This document shows positions 15,770 through 24,052 of a DNA stretch of 42,955 bases, piece after piece. Source of the DNA: Candidatus Giovannonibacteria bacterium RIFCSPHIGHO2_02_FULL_45_13 (lineage in GTDB: Bacteria; Patescibacteriota; Minisyncoccia; UBA11713; 2-01-FULL-45-33). Where the stretch lies: positions 11,415 to 54,369 of the forward strand of contig MFHO01000004.1 in the NCBI GenBank assembly GCA_001778635.1, written 5' to 3'. A program made the position numbers and the translations under genes. Positions within the stretch are counted from its first letter, which is position 1. Each line of letters begins with the position of its first letter. The notes beneath the pieces were generated by a model. The model was not told the origin of the DNA, made no database searches, and saw only the letters and a list, made by a program, of their open reading frames with translations.

Positions 15770-15982
15770 ATGATTATATTTACTAACCATGCGCTGAAAA
15801 GAATGAGGGAAAGAAAGGTTTCGCGGGCGCAGGTTTTAGAGACAATTAAAAACCCGGAAATAGAAATAGTCGAAGATGGCAATATAAAGTTGGCGCGCCG
15901 CGGATTCGCGGGTAAATCATTAGAGGTCGCGATAGAAAATGGCGGAAACAAGACTATTGTGATAACATTATATTGGTTATGA
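15770..15982 (+). CDS. DUF4258-like putative toxin (second copy)
   Basis: IIFTNHALKRMRERKVSRAQVLETI shows the same motif as the 11415 gene. Confidence 0.7.
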   Translation: MIIFTNHALKRMRERKVSRAQVLETIKNPEIEIVEDGNIKLARRGFAGKSLEVAIENGGNKTIVITLYWL

Positions 15983-16188
15983 AAATACAATACGACAAAC
16001 AAGCCGATGCTTTATATATCTATATTGGCAAAGGCAAAATAAAAAAAACCATAAAAGCCGGCAAAAATACCCTTATTGATATGGGCGAAAAAGACCGGGT
16101 TTTGGGAGTTGAGTTTTATAAAATTTCTCGCTCTGTTCCAAAAGAACAACTACAAAGTATATCTGTGGAATTGCCGGTTTATGCTTAG
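15973..16188 (+). CDS. DUF2283-like putative antitoxin (second copy)
   Basis: IQYDKQADALYIYIG...LIDMGEKDRVLGVEF. Overlaps the upstream gene by 10 nt. Confidence 0.7.
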   Translation: MVMKIQYDKQADALYIYIGKGKIKKTIKAGKNTLIDMGEKDRVLGVEFYKISRSVPKEQLQSISVELPVYA

Positions 16189-16197
16189 CGATGAACT

Positions 16198-16554
16198 ATG
16201 GCATTAGATTTAGATTATTTTAGGAAGCAATTGGAGGAGGAGAAAGCTCGGCTTGAGGGGGAGCTTTCGACTATTGCCAAAAGGAATCCGGAGGCGCCGG
16301 AGGATTGGGAAGTAAAAGCGCCAGATTTGAATTTGATGCATGCGGCAAAAGAGGAGATGGCCGACGCCGAAGAGGAGTTGGAAAACGCGGCGAGTACCGA
16401 GTATAATTTGGAGTCGCGTCTGCGTGATGTAAACGAAGCGCTTGAGAAAATGCGCCAAGGAAAATACGGCGCCTGCGCAGTTGGCGGCGAGCCGATCGAC
16501 GAAGCAAGATTGCGCGCAAATCCTGCGGCAGTAACATGCGTTAAGCACGCATAA
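16198..16554 (+). CDS. DksA/TraR-family protein (degenerate zinc finger)
   Basis: Coiled-coil N-terminus plus C-terminal GKYGACAVGGEPIDEARLRANPAAVTCVKH. Confidence 0.75.
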   Translation: MALDLDYFRKQLEEEKARLEGELSTIAKRNPEAPEDWEVKAPDLNLMHAAKEEMADAEEELENAASTEYNLESRLRDVNEALEKMRQGKYGACAVGGEPIDEARLRANPAAVTCVKHA

Positions 16555-16555
16555 T

Positions 16556-17140
16556 ATGTTTCAAATTGATCAAAAATTTCCGAAGTTTCATTTGGAAGTT
16601 TATAATCCGTTGCGTGACGAGATTGAGAAAATTTCGTCCGATGATTTTGTGGACAAATGGCTTATTTTGTTTTTCTACCCTGCGGATTTTACCTTTGTCT
16701 GCCCGACGGAGCTTTTGGATTTAAACAGGAGATATGAAGATTTTGCTAAAGAAAAAGCTGAGATAGTCGGCGTGAGCACGGATACGGTTTTCACCCACAA
16801 AGCGTGGATTGAAACGGAGGAGCTGCTCAAGGGTTTAAAGTACCAGCTCGCTGCTGACCACAACGGAAAATTTTCGCGAGAACTCGGAATTTACGATGAA
16901 GAAAACGGAATGGCACAGCGCGCGGTTTTTATTGTGGACCCCGACGGAATTTTGCGCGCCGTGGAAATCGTAGCGGATGCCATCGGCCGAAACGCTTTAG
17001 AAATTTTGCGCAAGCTCAAGGCGCTTAATTTCGTACGCAAAAATCCTGGACATGTCTGCCCAGCCTCTTGGGACGAAGGCTCCAAAACCCTCCAGCCCTC
17101 CATCAAAAAAGCCGGGAAGGTTTTTAAAGAATTTTCTTAA
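16556..17140 (+). CDS. Peroxiredoxin (typical 2-Cys, AhpC/Prx1 type)
   Basis: FYPADFTFVCPTEL peroxidatic-Cys motif, with a resolving Cys in GHVCPASW. Confidence 0.92.
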   Translation: MFQIDQKFPKFHLEVYNPLRDEIEKISSDDFVDKWLILFFYPADFTFVCPTELLDLNRRYEDFAKEKAEIVGVSTDTVFTHKAWIETEELLKGLKYQLAADHNGKFSRELGIYDEENGMAQRAVFIVDPDGILRAVEIVADAIGRNALEILRKLKALNFVRKNPGHVCPASWDEGSKTLQPSIKKAGKVFKEFS

Positions 17141-17202
17141 TCATCATCTTGACGAGGAATACCGCCTAGGAATATGCTGAAAGCAGAAGAGGGCTAATTG
17201 CG

Positions 17203-17364
17203 ATGTACGAAAAATACTGTCGGATTTGCGAGCTTGTGCATAGCGTATTGGTCGATGTTTGCTGTAATTGCGAAGGGGAGCTAGTAGAAAGAGAATCATC
17301 GAATAACGGCGAAGACAAAAACTGCCGGAAATGCATTCGCGTGGACAAAATCGAGATGGCTTGA
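17203..17364 (+). CDS. small Cys-rich zinc-ribbon-like protein, 53 aa (below ORF-track cutoff)
   Basis: MYEKYCRICELVHSVLVDVCCNCEGE...KNCRKCIRVDKIEMA carries CxxC, CCxC and CxxC. GAGGG lies 10 nt upstream of the ATG. Confidence 0.4.
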   Translation: MYEKYCRICELVHSVLVDVCCNCEGELVERESSNNGEDKNCRKCIRVDKIEMA

Positions 17365-17440
17365 CACGGGAGTTTGTTTTTGCTAGCATTAAATAGGTCC
17401 ATCATGATTACGATGGACTTTTAATTTCGAAAAATAATCT

Positions 17441-18715
17441 ATGTTAGACCTAAAAAATTTCAATACGGCTTTGGAACAGCTTACGGCAGAAAAAGGCATT
17501 TCCAAGGAAAAGATTATGGAGGCGATTGATATGGCTTTGGCCGCGGCTTATAAGCGCGATTACGGAAAAAAAACGCAGGTTGTGCGCGCAAAGTTTGATC
17601 TGGCTACAGGCAAGGCGGAGTTTTGGCAGGTTAAAACCGTTGTGGACGAAACAATGATCAAGTCCGAGGAAGAAATTGCGGCGGAAGAAGCGGCAAAAGC
17701 AGCCGGAGGTTTTGATGCGCTAAGCGAGAAGCAAGAGGCTCGTGAGGCCGCCAGAGAAGCTTTGGGCGGCGAAACAGAAAGCTATGGCGAGGCTGGCGGC
17801 GAAACTGGCGAGATAAAAAAAGTCAGATTCAATCTGGATCGCCATATTATGCTGGATGAAGCTAAAAAAAATAAAAAGAGCGCCAAGCTTGGCGAAGAAT
17901 TAATTTTTCCTTTGGAGTCAAAAGAAGATTACGGGAGAATTGCCGCGCAAACTGCTAAGCAAGTGATTTTGCAAAGAGTCCGCGAAGCCGAGCGCGATTC
18001 CGTGTTTGATGAGTTTAAAGAAAAGGAAGGAGAAGTCGTTTCCGGCATAGTGCAGCGCATAGAGGGGCGTGCCGTTTTTCTGGATTTGGGAAGAACTATC
18101 GGTATCTTGCCGCCGGATGAACAAATAAGGGGCGAGCGATATCGCGTTGGAGAGAGAATTAAGACGCTGCTTTTGTCTGTTGAGAAATTGCCAAGAGGCC
18201 CGGGCATTTATCTTTCGAGATCGCATCCGCGGCTTGTTTTGAAGCTTTTTGAAATCGAGGTGCCGGAGATAGCTTCGGGGGTTGTTGAGATTAAGAACGT
18301 CGCGCGAGAGGCCGGAGCGCGCACAAAGATTGCGGTTGTTTCAAAAGAAGAGGGGATTGACCCGGTTGGATCCTGTGTTGGGCAAAGGGGCGTGCGCGTG
18401 ACCACGGTGATCGCCGAACTCGGAGGAGAAAAAGTAGATATCGTCCCTTGGTCGGAAGACAAAGAAAAATTCATAGCTAGCGCTGTTTCGCCCGCGAAAG
18501 TTTTGGAGGTGGACGTGGACGAGGCGAGAAAACACGCCAAGGTTACTGTTTCAGAAGATCAATTGTCTCTGGCGATCGGCAAAGGCGGGCAAAACGTGCG
18601 GCTGGCAGCAAAACTCACAGGCTATAAAATCGACATCCGTTCCCGCTCCGGCGAAACCGTTGCCGAAGCCACCTCCGAAGGCGAAGTGGTAGGCGAAGGG
18701 ATCGCGGGGGAGTAA
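17441..18715 (+). CDS. nusA: Transcription termination/antitermination factor NusA
   Basis: 424 aa with an N-terminal domain, S1 (GEVVSGIVQRIEGRAVFLDLG) and two KH domains (GACVGQRG-like VGSCVGQRGVR, AIGKGGQNVRLA). Contains an acidic insertion of roughly 60 aa after the NTD. Confidence 0.95.
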   Translation: MLDLKNFNTALEQLTAEKGISKEKIMEAIDMALAAAYKRDYGKKTQVVRAKFDLATGKAEFWQVKTVVDETMIKSEEEIAAEEAAKAAGGFDALSEKQEAREAAREALGGETESYGEAGGETGEIKKVRFNLDRHIMLDEAKKNKKSAKLGEELIFPLESKEDYGRIAAQTAKQVILQRVREAERDSVFDEFKEKEGEVVSGIVQRIEGRAVFLDLGRTIGILPPDEQIRGERYRVGERIKTLLLSVEKLPRGPGIYLSRSHPRLVLKLFEIEVPEIASGVVEIKNVAREAGARTKIAVVSKEEGIDPVGSCVGQRGVRVTTVIAELGGEKVDIVPWSEDKEKFIASAVSPAKVLEVDVDEARKHAKVTVSEDQLSLAIGKGGQNVRLAAKLTGYKIDIRSRSGETVAEATSEGEVVGEGIAGE

Positions 18716-18752
18716 ACTTGCCACAAAGCAGGATTTGTGATAAATTTGCTTT

Positions 18753-19160
18753 ATGGCTAACCAAACTATTACTGGCCCAATAATTTCTTTATCGGAGGTG
18801 ATAAAATCTCGGGAGCCCAAATCTTTAACGGAACAAAGGCTGATTTCGCTCTTAACTAAAAGATTTGGTGATTTACAAATAATCTGGAATCCAAAAGCAT
18901 TTCGGGAAGGACTGAACAATCCAGAACTCCCTAGTAATATTCTTAAAAAACTGGATTCGTTGCTTTTGCTTGCTGAGACAATAGATTGGAAAATTTCAAA
19001 GCCGTTAAAAGACGAACTGGATTCTACAGTTGAAGATATAGAAACTTTCAATCCCTCATTTAGAATGCGCCTTAAAAAAGCTTCTGAAGAATTTAGAGCC
19101 GGTAAATTTATTGCCTTGGAGGCGTTGGAGAAAAAGTTCGGACTTACTAAAAAACATTGA
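18753..19160 (+). CDS. hypothetical protein, putative antitoxin partner of RelE
   Basis: 135-aa ORF directly upstream of the RelE/ParE gene, 5 nt apart. No family recognised. Confidence 0.45.
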   Translation: MANQTITGPIISLSEVIKSREPKSLTEQRLISLLTKRFGDLQIIWNPKAFREGLNNPELPSNILKKLDSLLLLAETIDWKISKPLKDELDSTVEDIETFNPSFRMRLKKASEEFRAGKFIALEALEKKFGLTKKH

Positions 19161-19164
19161 CTTT

Positions 19165-19416
19165 ATGAATGTCGCTCTTTCTCCGCAAGCCAGCGATTTT
19201 TTGAAGAAGTGCCCAATCAATTTACGAAAAAGAATTCTCAACAAAATAAAATTCTATGCTTCCGCTCCAGATCCGTTAGAATTTGCCGAACATCTCACTG
19301 ATGACTCGGAGGCGCCTTATCGTTATAGAATTGGCGATTGGCGGGTTAAGTTTGCGGTAGAAAACAACACAATTACAGTTAAACGAATTGGCCGCCGCGA
19401 CAAAATTTATGAATAG
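19165..19416 (+). CDS. relE: RelE/ParE-family toxin
   Basis: From the internal ATG at 19165: MNVALSPQASDFLKK...PYRYRIGDWRVKFAVENNTITVKRIGRRDKIY, the classic RelE/ParE C-terminal pattern. Confidence 0.8.
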   Translation: MNVALSPQASDFLKKCPINLRKRILNKIKFYASAPDPLEFAEHLTDDSEAPYRYRIGDWRVKFAVENNTITVKRIGRRDKIYE

Positions 19417-19440
19417 CGATATGGAGGTCAACACTTTGTT

Positions 19441-19483
19441 CTCCGAAGGCGAAGTGGTGGGCGAAGGGATTGTGGCGGAGTAG
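19441..19483 (+). pseudogene. Relic copy of the nusA 3' end (last 13 codons + stop)
   Basis: The 43 nt match nusA 18673-18715 at 38 of 43 positions. It encodes SEGEVVGEGIVAE*, versus SEGEVVGEGIAGE* in nusA. Confidence 0.8.
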
Positions 19484-19485
19484 CT

Positions 19486-19989
19486 TTATTTTTTGATGAT
19501 GTATTTGGCGGGTTCTTCGCCGAGATCTATAAATTCATCAACAGCCTCTTTTAATTTTCCGGAAGATGAGCGGCCGAAAGCGATGACCTCCACCCTGCGC
19601 CCCTGATTTTTTAAGTATTCAACTAAAGGAATAAAATCTCCGTCGCCGGAGGCAATGACAATTGTATCCACGATCTCTGCTGTGCGGACGGCGTCAACGG
19701 TAAGCCCCACGTCCCAATCCGCTTTTTTGGCCCCGCCGAAAAATTCCTGCAGGTCTTTTTCGCGGGTTTCAATTCCTAATTTTATCAGCGCCTCAAAAAA
19801 CGGTTTTTCCTCGCCGGTTTTTGTTCTGATAACATAGCCGAATGCGCGGATTAACTGCCTCCCGCCGACTGCGACGGCAAGAAGGTTTTTGAAATTCACT
19901 CTTCCACCAAAAAGGCTACGCGCGGAATGGTAAAGATTTTGCGCATCAATAAACACCGCAACGCGCTGATTTTTATGTTTTATGTCCAT
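19486..19989 (-). CDS. NYN-domain (LabA-like) protein
   Basis: VAVFIDAQNLYHSAR...IVIASGDGDFIPLVEYLKNQGRRVEVIAF. Confidence 0.85.
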   Translation of the reverse strand: MDIKHKNQRVAVFIDAQNLYHSARSLFGGRVNFKNLLAVAVGGRQLIRAFGYVIRTKTGEEKPFFEALIKLGIETREKDLQEFFGGAKKADWDVGLTVDAVRTAEIVDTIVIASGDGDFIPLVEYLKNQGRRVEVIAFGRSSSGKLKEAVDEFIDLGEEPAKYIIKK

Positions 19990-20083
19990 GATAATACTAA
20001 TCTACAAATTTTATACGAATAATACGAATAGCGAATGTCTTATTTGTAATTTGTTGCATTCGAATATCATTTGTTGATTTGTG

Positions 20084-20350
20084 TTATTTACGGAGTCCTA
20101 ATTTTTTAATCAGCTTCTCGTAATTCGCTTGATTTTTTTTCTGCACATATTTCAAAAACTTCTTTCTTTTTGAAACCATTCCCAAAAGCCCTCTTCTGGA
20201 GTGGTTGTCTTTTGGGTGCTCTTTTAAGTGCGAAGTCAGCTCGTCAATCCGTTTCGTAAGCAAAGCAACCTGCACCTCCGCGGAGCCGGTATCTTTTTCG
20301 TGAATTCTATGTTCCGCCACTATTTTCTTTTTATCTTTCGATTTCAGCAT
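20084..20350 (-). CDS. rpsO: 30S ribosomal protein S15
   Basis: 88 aa from the internal ATG at 20350: [52 protein letters not shown]. Confidence 0.95.
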   Translation of the reverse strand: MLKSKDKKKIVAEHRIHEKDTGSAEVQVALLTKRIDELTSHLKEHPKDNHSRRGLLGMVSKRKKFLKYVQKKNQANYEKLIKKLGLRK

Positions 20351-20397
20351 AATACATCCAATAATAGCATATTTAATTGCTGCAAGCAATCGCCACA

Positions 20398-20428
20398 TTG
20401 ACAAGTGGCATGGGTTCGGTGCTATATT
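20398..20428 (+). promoter_or_regulatory. candidate promoter of the aminotransferase gene
   Basis: TTGACA (20398-20403), a 19-nt spacer, then an extended -10 TGcTATATT (20420-20428). Confidence 0.4.
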
Positions 20429-20451
20429 GTAGGCAGATTTTGAGTTAAAAA

Positions 20452-21738
20452 ATGAGGTATTTAGGACCGAGAACCGCGGCTTATTACGAAAGAATGCATA
20501 AAACGCTTTTTTCAACGACAGTCGAAGATTATAGGCCGGTGATTAAAAAAGGAAACGGCGTTTGGGTTGAGGACATAGACGGCAACCAGTTTTTGGACTT
20601 TACATCGCAAGTAGGCATTATAGGATCCGGACAATGTCCGGAAGAAGTTGTTTCGGCAATTGGAGAACAGGCCAGATTTGCGACAGGAATTATTTCTAAT
20701 GATTTCCAGTTCAGTGCTGTGCACGGCCGCGGCGCCTTGCTTGGAGAAGAGGTTTCCCCGGTCGCTCTTGCCGAAAAACTGATTGAGCTTGCCCCGGTGC
20801 CTTATCCAAAAAAAGTTATTTTCGAAGTAAGCGGGGCTACTGCTGTGAGCGCCGCCGCAAAGCTTTGCGTTCTGGCTCGCCCGAATGCGCCGTTTTTTGC
20901 CGCTTTTGATAAAGCGTTCCACGGCAGGCACGGCTACAGTTTGGATCTTTCAAGTTCAAAACAGGTACATAAATTACTTCACCAAGAAGGTTTAAGGGTT
21001 GTACGACTTCCTTTCCCCAAACGAGGCGCAGCTTTCCGGGATTTTCTTAAATTGTTGCCGCAGGATTATCCATTGAGCGTACTTTTTGTGGAAATAGTGC
21101 AAGGAGAAGGAGGCATCAATATTCCAGATTTGAAGTTGCTTAATGCAATACGCAGATACGCCGCAGAGGTAGGCGCGCTATTCGTGGTTGACGAAGTGCA
21201 AACTGGCCTCGGGCGCACCGGAAAACTTTTTGCATCTGAGTATTTGAATTTGCCGCCTGACATGATTATACTTTCAAAAGCGTTGGGCGGCGGATTGCCG
21301 TTGGGCGCGGTTATTGCAAGAACTGACATTTTGCCCGCCGGCGATTTGCCTAAAGGCGCCCACTCCGGGACAATGCCTGCATCTCCGCTGGCAGTTGCCG
21401 CTGCTTTGGCTAATCTTAAAATTCTTAGCGACCCAGTCCTTTTAAAAGAAGTAAAAAAGCTGGGAAAATACTTGGTAGAAGGATTGTGGAAAATAGCGCA
21501 TTCAAACAGAAACATTTTGGATGTGGACAGCTTGGGCGGCTTGATGATAGGGGTTGAGCTTGTTTCTAAAAAAATTTGCGAGGAAGTTATTTGCGCCTGC
21601 CTTTCTGAGGAGCCCGGTTTGCTGCTTATAGGGGCTGGCCAGAAAACTATCCGTTTTATGCCTCCGCTGATTGTGACTAAAGAAGAAATTGATTTGGCGC
21701 TTTCTATTTTTAAAAAAGCGCTCAACACATTAGTTTAG
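20452..21738 (+). CDS. Class-III pyridoxal-phosphate aminotransferase (acetylornithine/GABA-aminotransferase-like)
   Basis: [48 protein letters not shown] (PLP-lysine region). An alternative start exists at ATG 20494. Confidence 0.85.
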   Translation: MRYLGPRTAAYYERMHKTLFSTTVEDYRPVIKKGNGVWVEDIDGNQFLDFTSQVGIIGSGQCPEEVVSAIGEQARFATGIISNDFQFSAVHGRGALLGEEVSPVALAEKLIELAPVPYPKKVIFEVSGATAVSAAAKLCVLARPNAPFFAAFDKAFHGRHGYSLDLSSSKQVHKLLHQEGLRVVRLPFPKRGAAFRDFLKLLPQDYPLSVLFVEIVQGEGGINIPDLKLLNAIRRYAAEVGALFVVDEVQTGLGRTGKLFASEYLNLPPDMIILSKALGGGLPLGAVIARTDILPAGDLPKGAHSGTMPASPLAVAAALANLKILSDPVLLKEVKKLGKYLVEGLWKIAHSNRNILDVDSLGGLMIGVELVSKKICEEVICACLSEEPGLLLIGAGQKTIRFMPPLIVTKEEIDLALSIFKKALNTLV

Positions 21739-21776
21739 CCCGTGATCCGCCAACTGGCGGACGCGGGTTTTTGTTT
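21739..21776 (+). terminator. rho-independent terminator
   Basis: CCCGUG(A)UCCGCC-AACU-GGCGGACGCGGG forms a 12-bp stem with one bulge, followed by TTTTTGTTT. It begins 1 nt after the stop. Confidence 0.7.
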
Positions 21777-21787
21777 CCAAGAAACAT

Positions 21788-21816
21788 AAAAAAGCGTTCT
21801 TTTGAAGAGCGCTTTT
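21788..21816. terminator. A/T-flanked hairpin downstream of the minus-strand gene
   Basis: AAAAGCGUUC / GAGCGCUUUU stem with a 7-nt loop. It overlaps the stop codon at 21815-21817. Confidence 0.45.
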
Positions 21817-22687
21817 ATTGAGTCACGTTATGTATCATCATCAGGCATCTGTATGATCCGCCGGATCTTTCAAATTCGGAACTGCCGTCTTCTGGGACAA
21901 TTACTTCAAGGCCGTGGTCGCGGAGTATTTTTTCTTGGATTTCATGGCAATAAGGCTGCAGCACTTTCCCATTTCGCTCCACCGCGTTAAGGGCGTAACT
22001 GTATAGGTATTCTCCGTCAAAATCCGGATGCTTGCGGAAAAGCGTTGCTTCGCTCAAAGGCACAATACGCGTTCCCGGAAAATTGAAAGCTAGTTGCTCG
22101 CCGGCCGAATCTTCAAAAGCTTTCGGATAATACATAATTAAATCAGCAGACGGATAGTAAGTGAGCACGGAGTTTAAGTGGTAAAATTCTTCGGTTACCC
22201 GCCTGATAGGAACAACTTTTTCCACCCTGCTTTTTTTAAAAATAGAAGCAACTTCTTCTACTCCTTGCAGATTGGTCCTGTTTTCTCCGTAGCCTATAAT
22301 TATTTTATTTTTTACAAAGACACAATCTCCGCCTTCAAAAAAAGCCAGCGGGCTCAAATGCTTCACCATATATTCCCGGTCTCTGAACCATTTTACAAAA
22401 TGCTCAACTTCCGGCTTGCGCGGGCTCGCCCAAAAATTCGCGGGGATAAATAGGTCGTCAACCCAAAATCCCGGGTCGCACGCGAAAGTCATATCGTAAA
22501 GATCCTCAACTGGTTCTATAAAATGCGCAGTAATGCCAAGGTCGTGGATTGCTGTGCTCGCCATTCGCGCCCATTGCAGAAATGTCCTTTTTTTGTCCGG
22601 CTTCCCACAGGGGTGGTCAGGCCGCATTCTGGTGTTGTAGCTCTCTTTTACGTCAAAATGCACCGGTGGGACAAGAATGACTTTCAT
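21815..22687 (-). CDS. Amidinotransferase-fold (guanidino-group-modifying) enzyme
   Basis: FACDPG, FFEGGDCVF, FYHLNS and C-terminal SGGSYRCLMM (catalytic-Cys motif of the ADI/DDAH/amidinotransferase superfamily). ATG 22687 has AAGGA upstream, whereas the ORF track extends to TTG 22714. Confidence 0.7.
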   Translation of the reverse strand: MKVILVPPVHFDVKESYNTRMRPDHPCGKPDKKRTFLQWARMASTAIHDLGITAHFIEPVEDLYDMTFACDPGFWVDDLFIPANFWASPRKPEVEHFVKWFRDREYMVKHLSPLAFFEGGDCVFVKNKIIIGYGENRTNLQGVEEVASIFKKSRVEKVVPIRRVTEEFYHLNSVLTYYPSADLIMYYPKAFEDSAGEQLAFNFPGTRIVPLSEATLFRKHPDFDGEYLYSYALNAVERNGKVLQPYCHEIQEKILRDHGLEVIVPEDGSSEFERSGGSYRCLMMIHNVTQ

Positions 22688-22861
22688 GATTGCCATCCTT
22701 AAATCTGACATCAATATAGCTCTGAAGGCCCGGAGTACGCAAGCGCTCGCTAAAATAAAAAAATTTATTCAGTTATGTGGTAGGTCGTATCGTAGAGGAC
22801 GTTAGAACCATTATACAGAGACGAGATACGATTTTTTATATTCCGAATTTGGCAAAATAAA

Positions 22862-22895
22862 AACCGCTGGACGATACCAGTCGGTTATTTTTGTT
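22862..22895. terminator. bidirectional terminator hairpin
   Basis: AACCGCUGG-ACGAUA-CCAG(U)CGGUU, flanked by an A-run on the 5' side and a T-run on the 3' side. Confidence 0.55.
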
Positions 22896-23043
22896 TCTTA
22901 TATTCTCCAGCAATCGGATTGTAAACTCTACAATATTGTTTCAGTTCATTGAAATACGCTCGGCGCTGCCACCAGGTCTTGCTGAAGAATTTTAAGGGAT
23001 TAAATTTTCCCCATTTTTTTCGTGATTGATGCAGAAAGATAAA

Positions 23044-23319
23044 TCATAATGCAGTCACATTTCCGTCAACTGAAATCGGTTCACCGCCTTCATCAAGCTC
23101 AACATAATCCCAATCATCATCCTTGATTTTTGGGACATAGACATTTGCAGTTACTTCGTGAGTGGGCGTCCTAACTTTTGCTATTACGATTTTATGGCTT
23201 TCAGCAAGCAAAGCTGAAATATCTTCGGAATGGCTATCAAGTTCTTCTACAGTGTAGTAAATTCCTTTCCTGCGCTCGACGTAGTGAAAACATCGTGGCG
23301 ACTGAGGTTCTTGCATCAA
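23044..23319 (-). CDS. hypothetical acidic protein (91 aa)
   Basis: ORF track entry with a TTG/ATG start. No family recognised. Confidence 0.45.
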   Translation of the reverse strand: MMQEPQSPRCFHYVERRKGIYYTVEELDSHSEDISALLAESHKIVIAKVRTPTHEVTANVYVPKIKDDDWDYVELDEGGEPISVDGNVTAL

Positions 23320-23380
23320 ATACCTCCTGTGTGTTTTCTAAAAACATAATAGCACACAGGGTGCTATTATGTCAAGCGTG

Positions 23381-23452
23381 GGAGGCATAGGGGATTCGAA
23401 CCCCTACCGACAGTGCCACAGACTATCGTGCTGCCATTACACCAATGCCTCC
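23381..23452 (-). tRNA. tRNA-His (GUG) with encoded G-1
   Basis: Reverse complement G-GAGGCAU-UG-GUGUAAUGGCAGCAC-G-AUAGU-CUGUGGC-ACUGU-CGGU-AGGGG-UUCGAAU-CCCCU-AUGCCUC-C. Cloverleaf with a G-1:C73 pair and anticodon GUG. Confidence 0.93.
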
Positions 23453-23937
23453 GTAAATTTTTCTCGTTCTTCCTTATAATGATGCACAAGGACATGACAA
23501 TTATTGCAGAGCCAGGCAAGATTGTCTAATTTATTATTTTTCCTATCTTTATCTATATGATGCACAGCCAATACTCTAACATCTTTTATTTTACACAAGA
23601 CACATACTGGTTTAACTTTGCTTTTTAAAATATTTTTCCGATATGTGTATTCGCCGTGTTTCCAATTCGGATGTCTCTCGCCTATGTACTCGATAGAATT
23701 TCTCCAAATAGCCTGACAGGATTTCCCGCAAAAATATTTTTTACTTTTAGAATGCTTTAAAGCCTTTAGCTGTTTATAAACATTTTCCCCGCAAATAAAA
23801 CAGGAAATAATTTTGCCGGTCTTAAAGGCCTCGTCTCTACACTTGCGCGAACAATATTTTCCTCCTCCGACTTTCACCCAATATGGCTTTATCGTAAATT
23901 TTTTACTGCAATTTAAGCAGGTTTTTATCAGGGGCAT
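23437..23937 (-). CDS. HNH endonuclease with N-terminal zinc-ribbon repeats
   Basis: VLAVHHIDKDRKNNKLDNLAWLCNNCHVLVHH (HNH motif) plus several CxxC pairs. Its last 16 nt (TEALV*) overlap the 5' end of tRNA-His. Confidence 0.85.
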   Translation of the reverse strand: MPLIKTCLNCSKKFTIKPYWVKVGGGKYCSRKCRDEAFKTGKIISCFICGENVYKQLKALKHSKSKKYFCGKSCQAIWRNSIEYIGERHPNWKHGEYTYRKNILKSKVKPVCVLCKIKDVRVLAVHHIDKDRKNNKLDNLAWLCNNCHVLVHHYKEEREKFTEALV

Positions 23938-23997
23938 ACTTGTAGTAAATGTATACCTCCAAATTAAATAAGTAAATGCTACGGTTTCTGAAACTTA

Positions 23998-24036
23998 TCC
24001 ACAGAGCAGCGCTTTGGCCGTTAAGCTATAGGCACC
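23998..24036 (-). pseudogene. tRNA-His 5'-half relic (G-1 to position 38)
   Basis: G-GUGCCUA-UA-GCUU-AACGGCCA-AAGC-G-CUGCU-CUGUGGA gives a good acceptor strand, D-arm and GUG anticodon loop. No complementary anticodon-stem strand, T-arm or 3' acceptor strand follows. Confidence 0.6.
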
Positions 24037-24052
24037 ATATTTGCCGATTGAT

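Noticed and set aside
17640-17900. Acidic ~60-aa insertion in NusA, and the Arg/Gly-rich C-terminal tail of PNPase (14200-14302).
   Set aside because: Lineage-specific low-complexity insertions and tails are common in small-genome bacteria. I see no independent signal such as repeats or relics at the nucleotide level.
19990-20083. Short direct repeats (tacgaata x2, atttgt x4) and a CGAATG/CATTCG inverted repeat between rpsO and the NYN gene.
   Set aside because: This is an AT-rich, low-complexity promoter/terminator spacer. The repeats are short and imperfect, and no second copy occurs elsewhere in the window.
22777-22860. Plus-strand 27-codon frame VVGRIVEDVRTIIQRRDTIFYIPNLAK*, which looks like the C-terminal end of a larger protein.
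   Set aside because: It has only a GTG start, no upstream coding continuation, and no matching intact gene in the window. I cannot name the family, so it may be another gene-end relic or chance.
23437-24036. Group I intron or split tRNA-His with the HNH gene as an intron ORF.
   Set aside because: The downstream tRNA-His is complete on its own, with a different and self-consistent acceptor stem. No sequence matching the relic's required 3' half (AGCAG...UAGGCAC) is present in the window. A distant 3' half cannot be excluded without the full genome.
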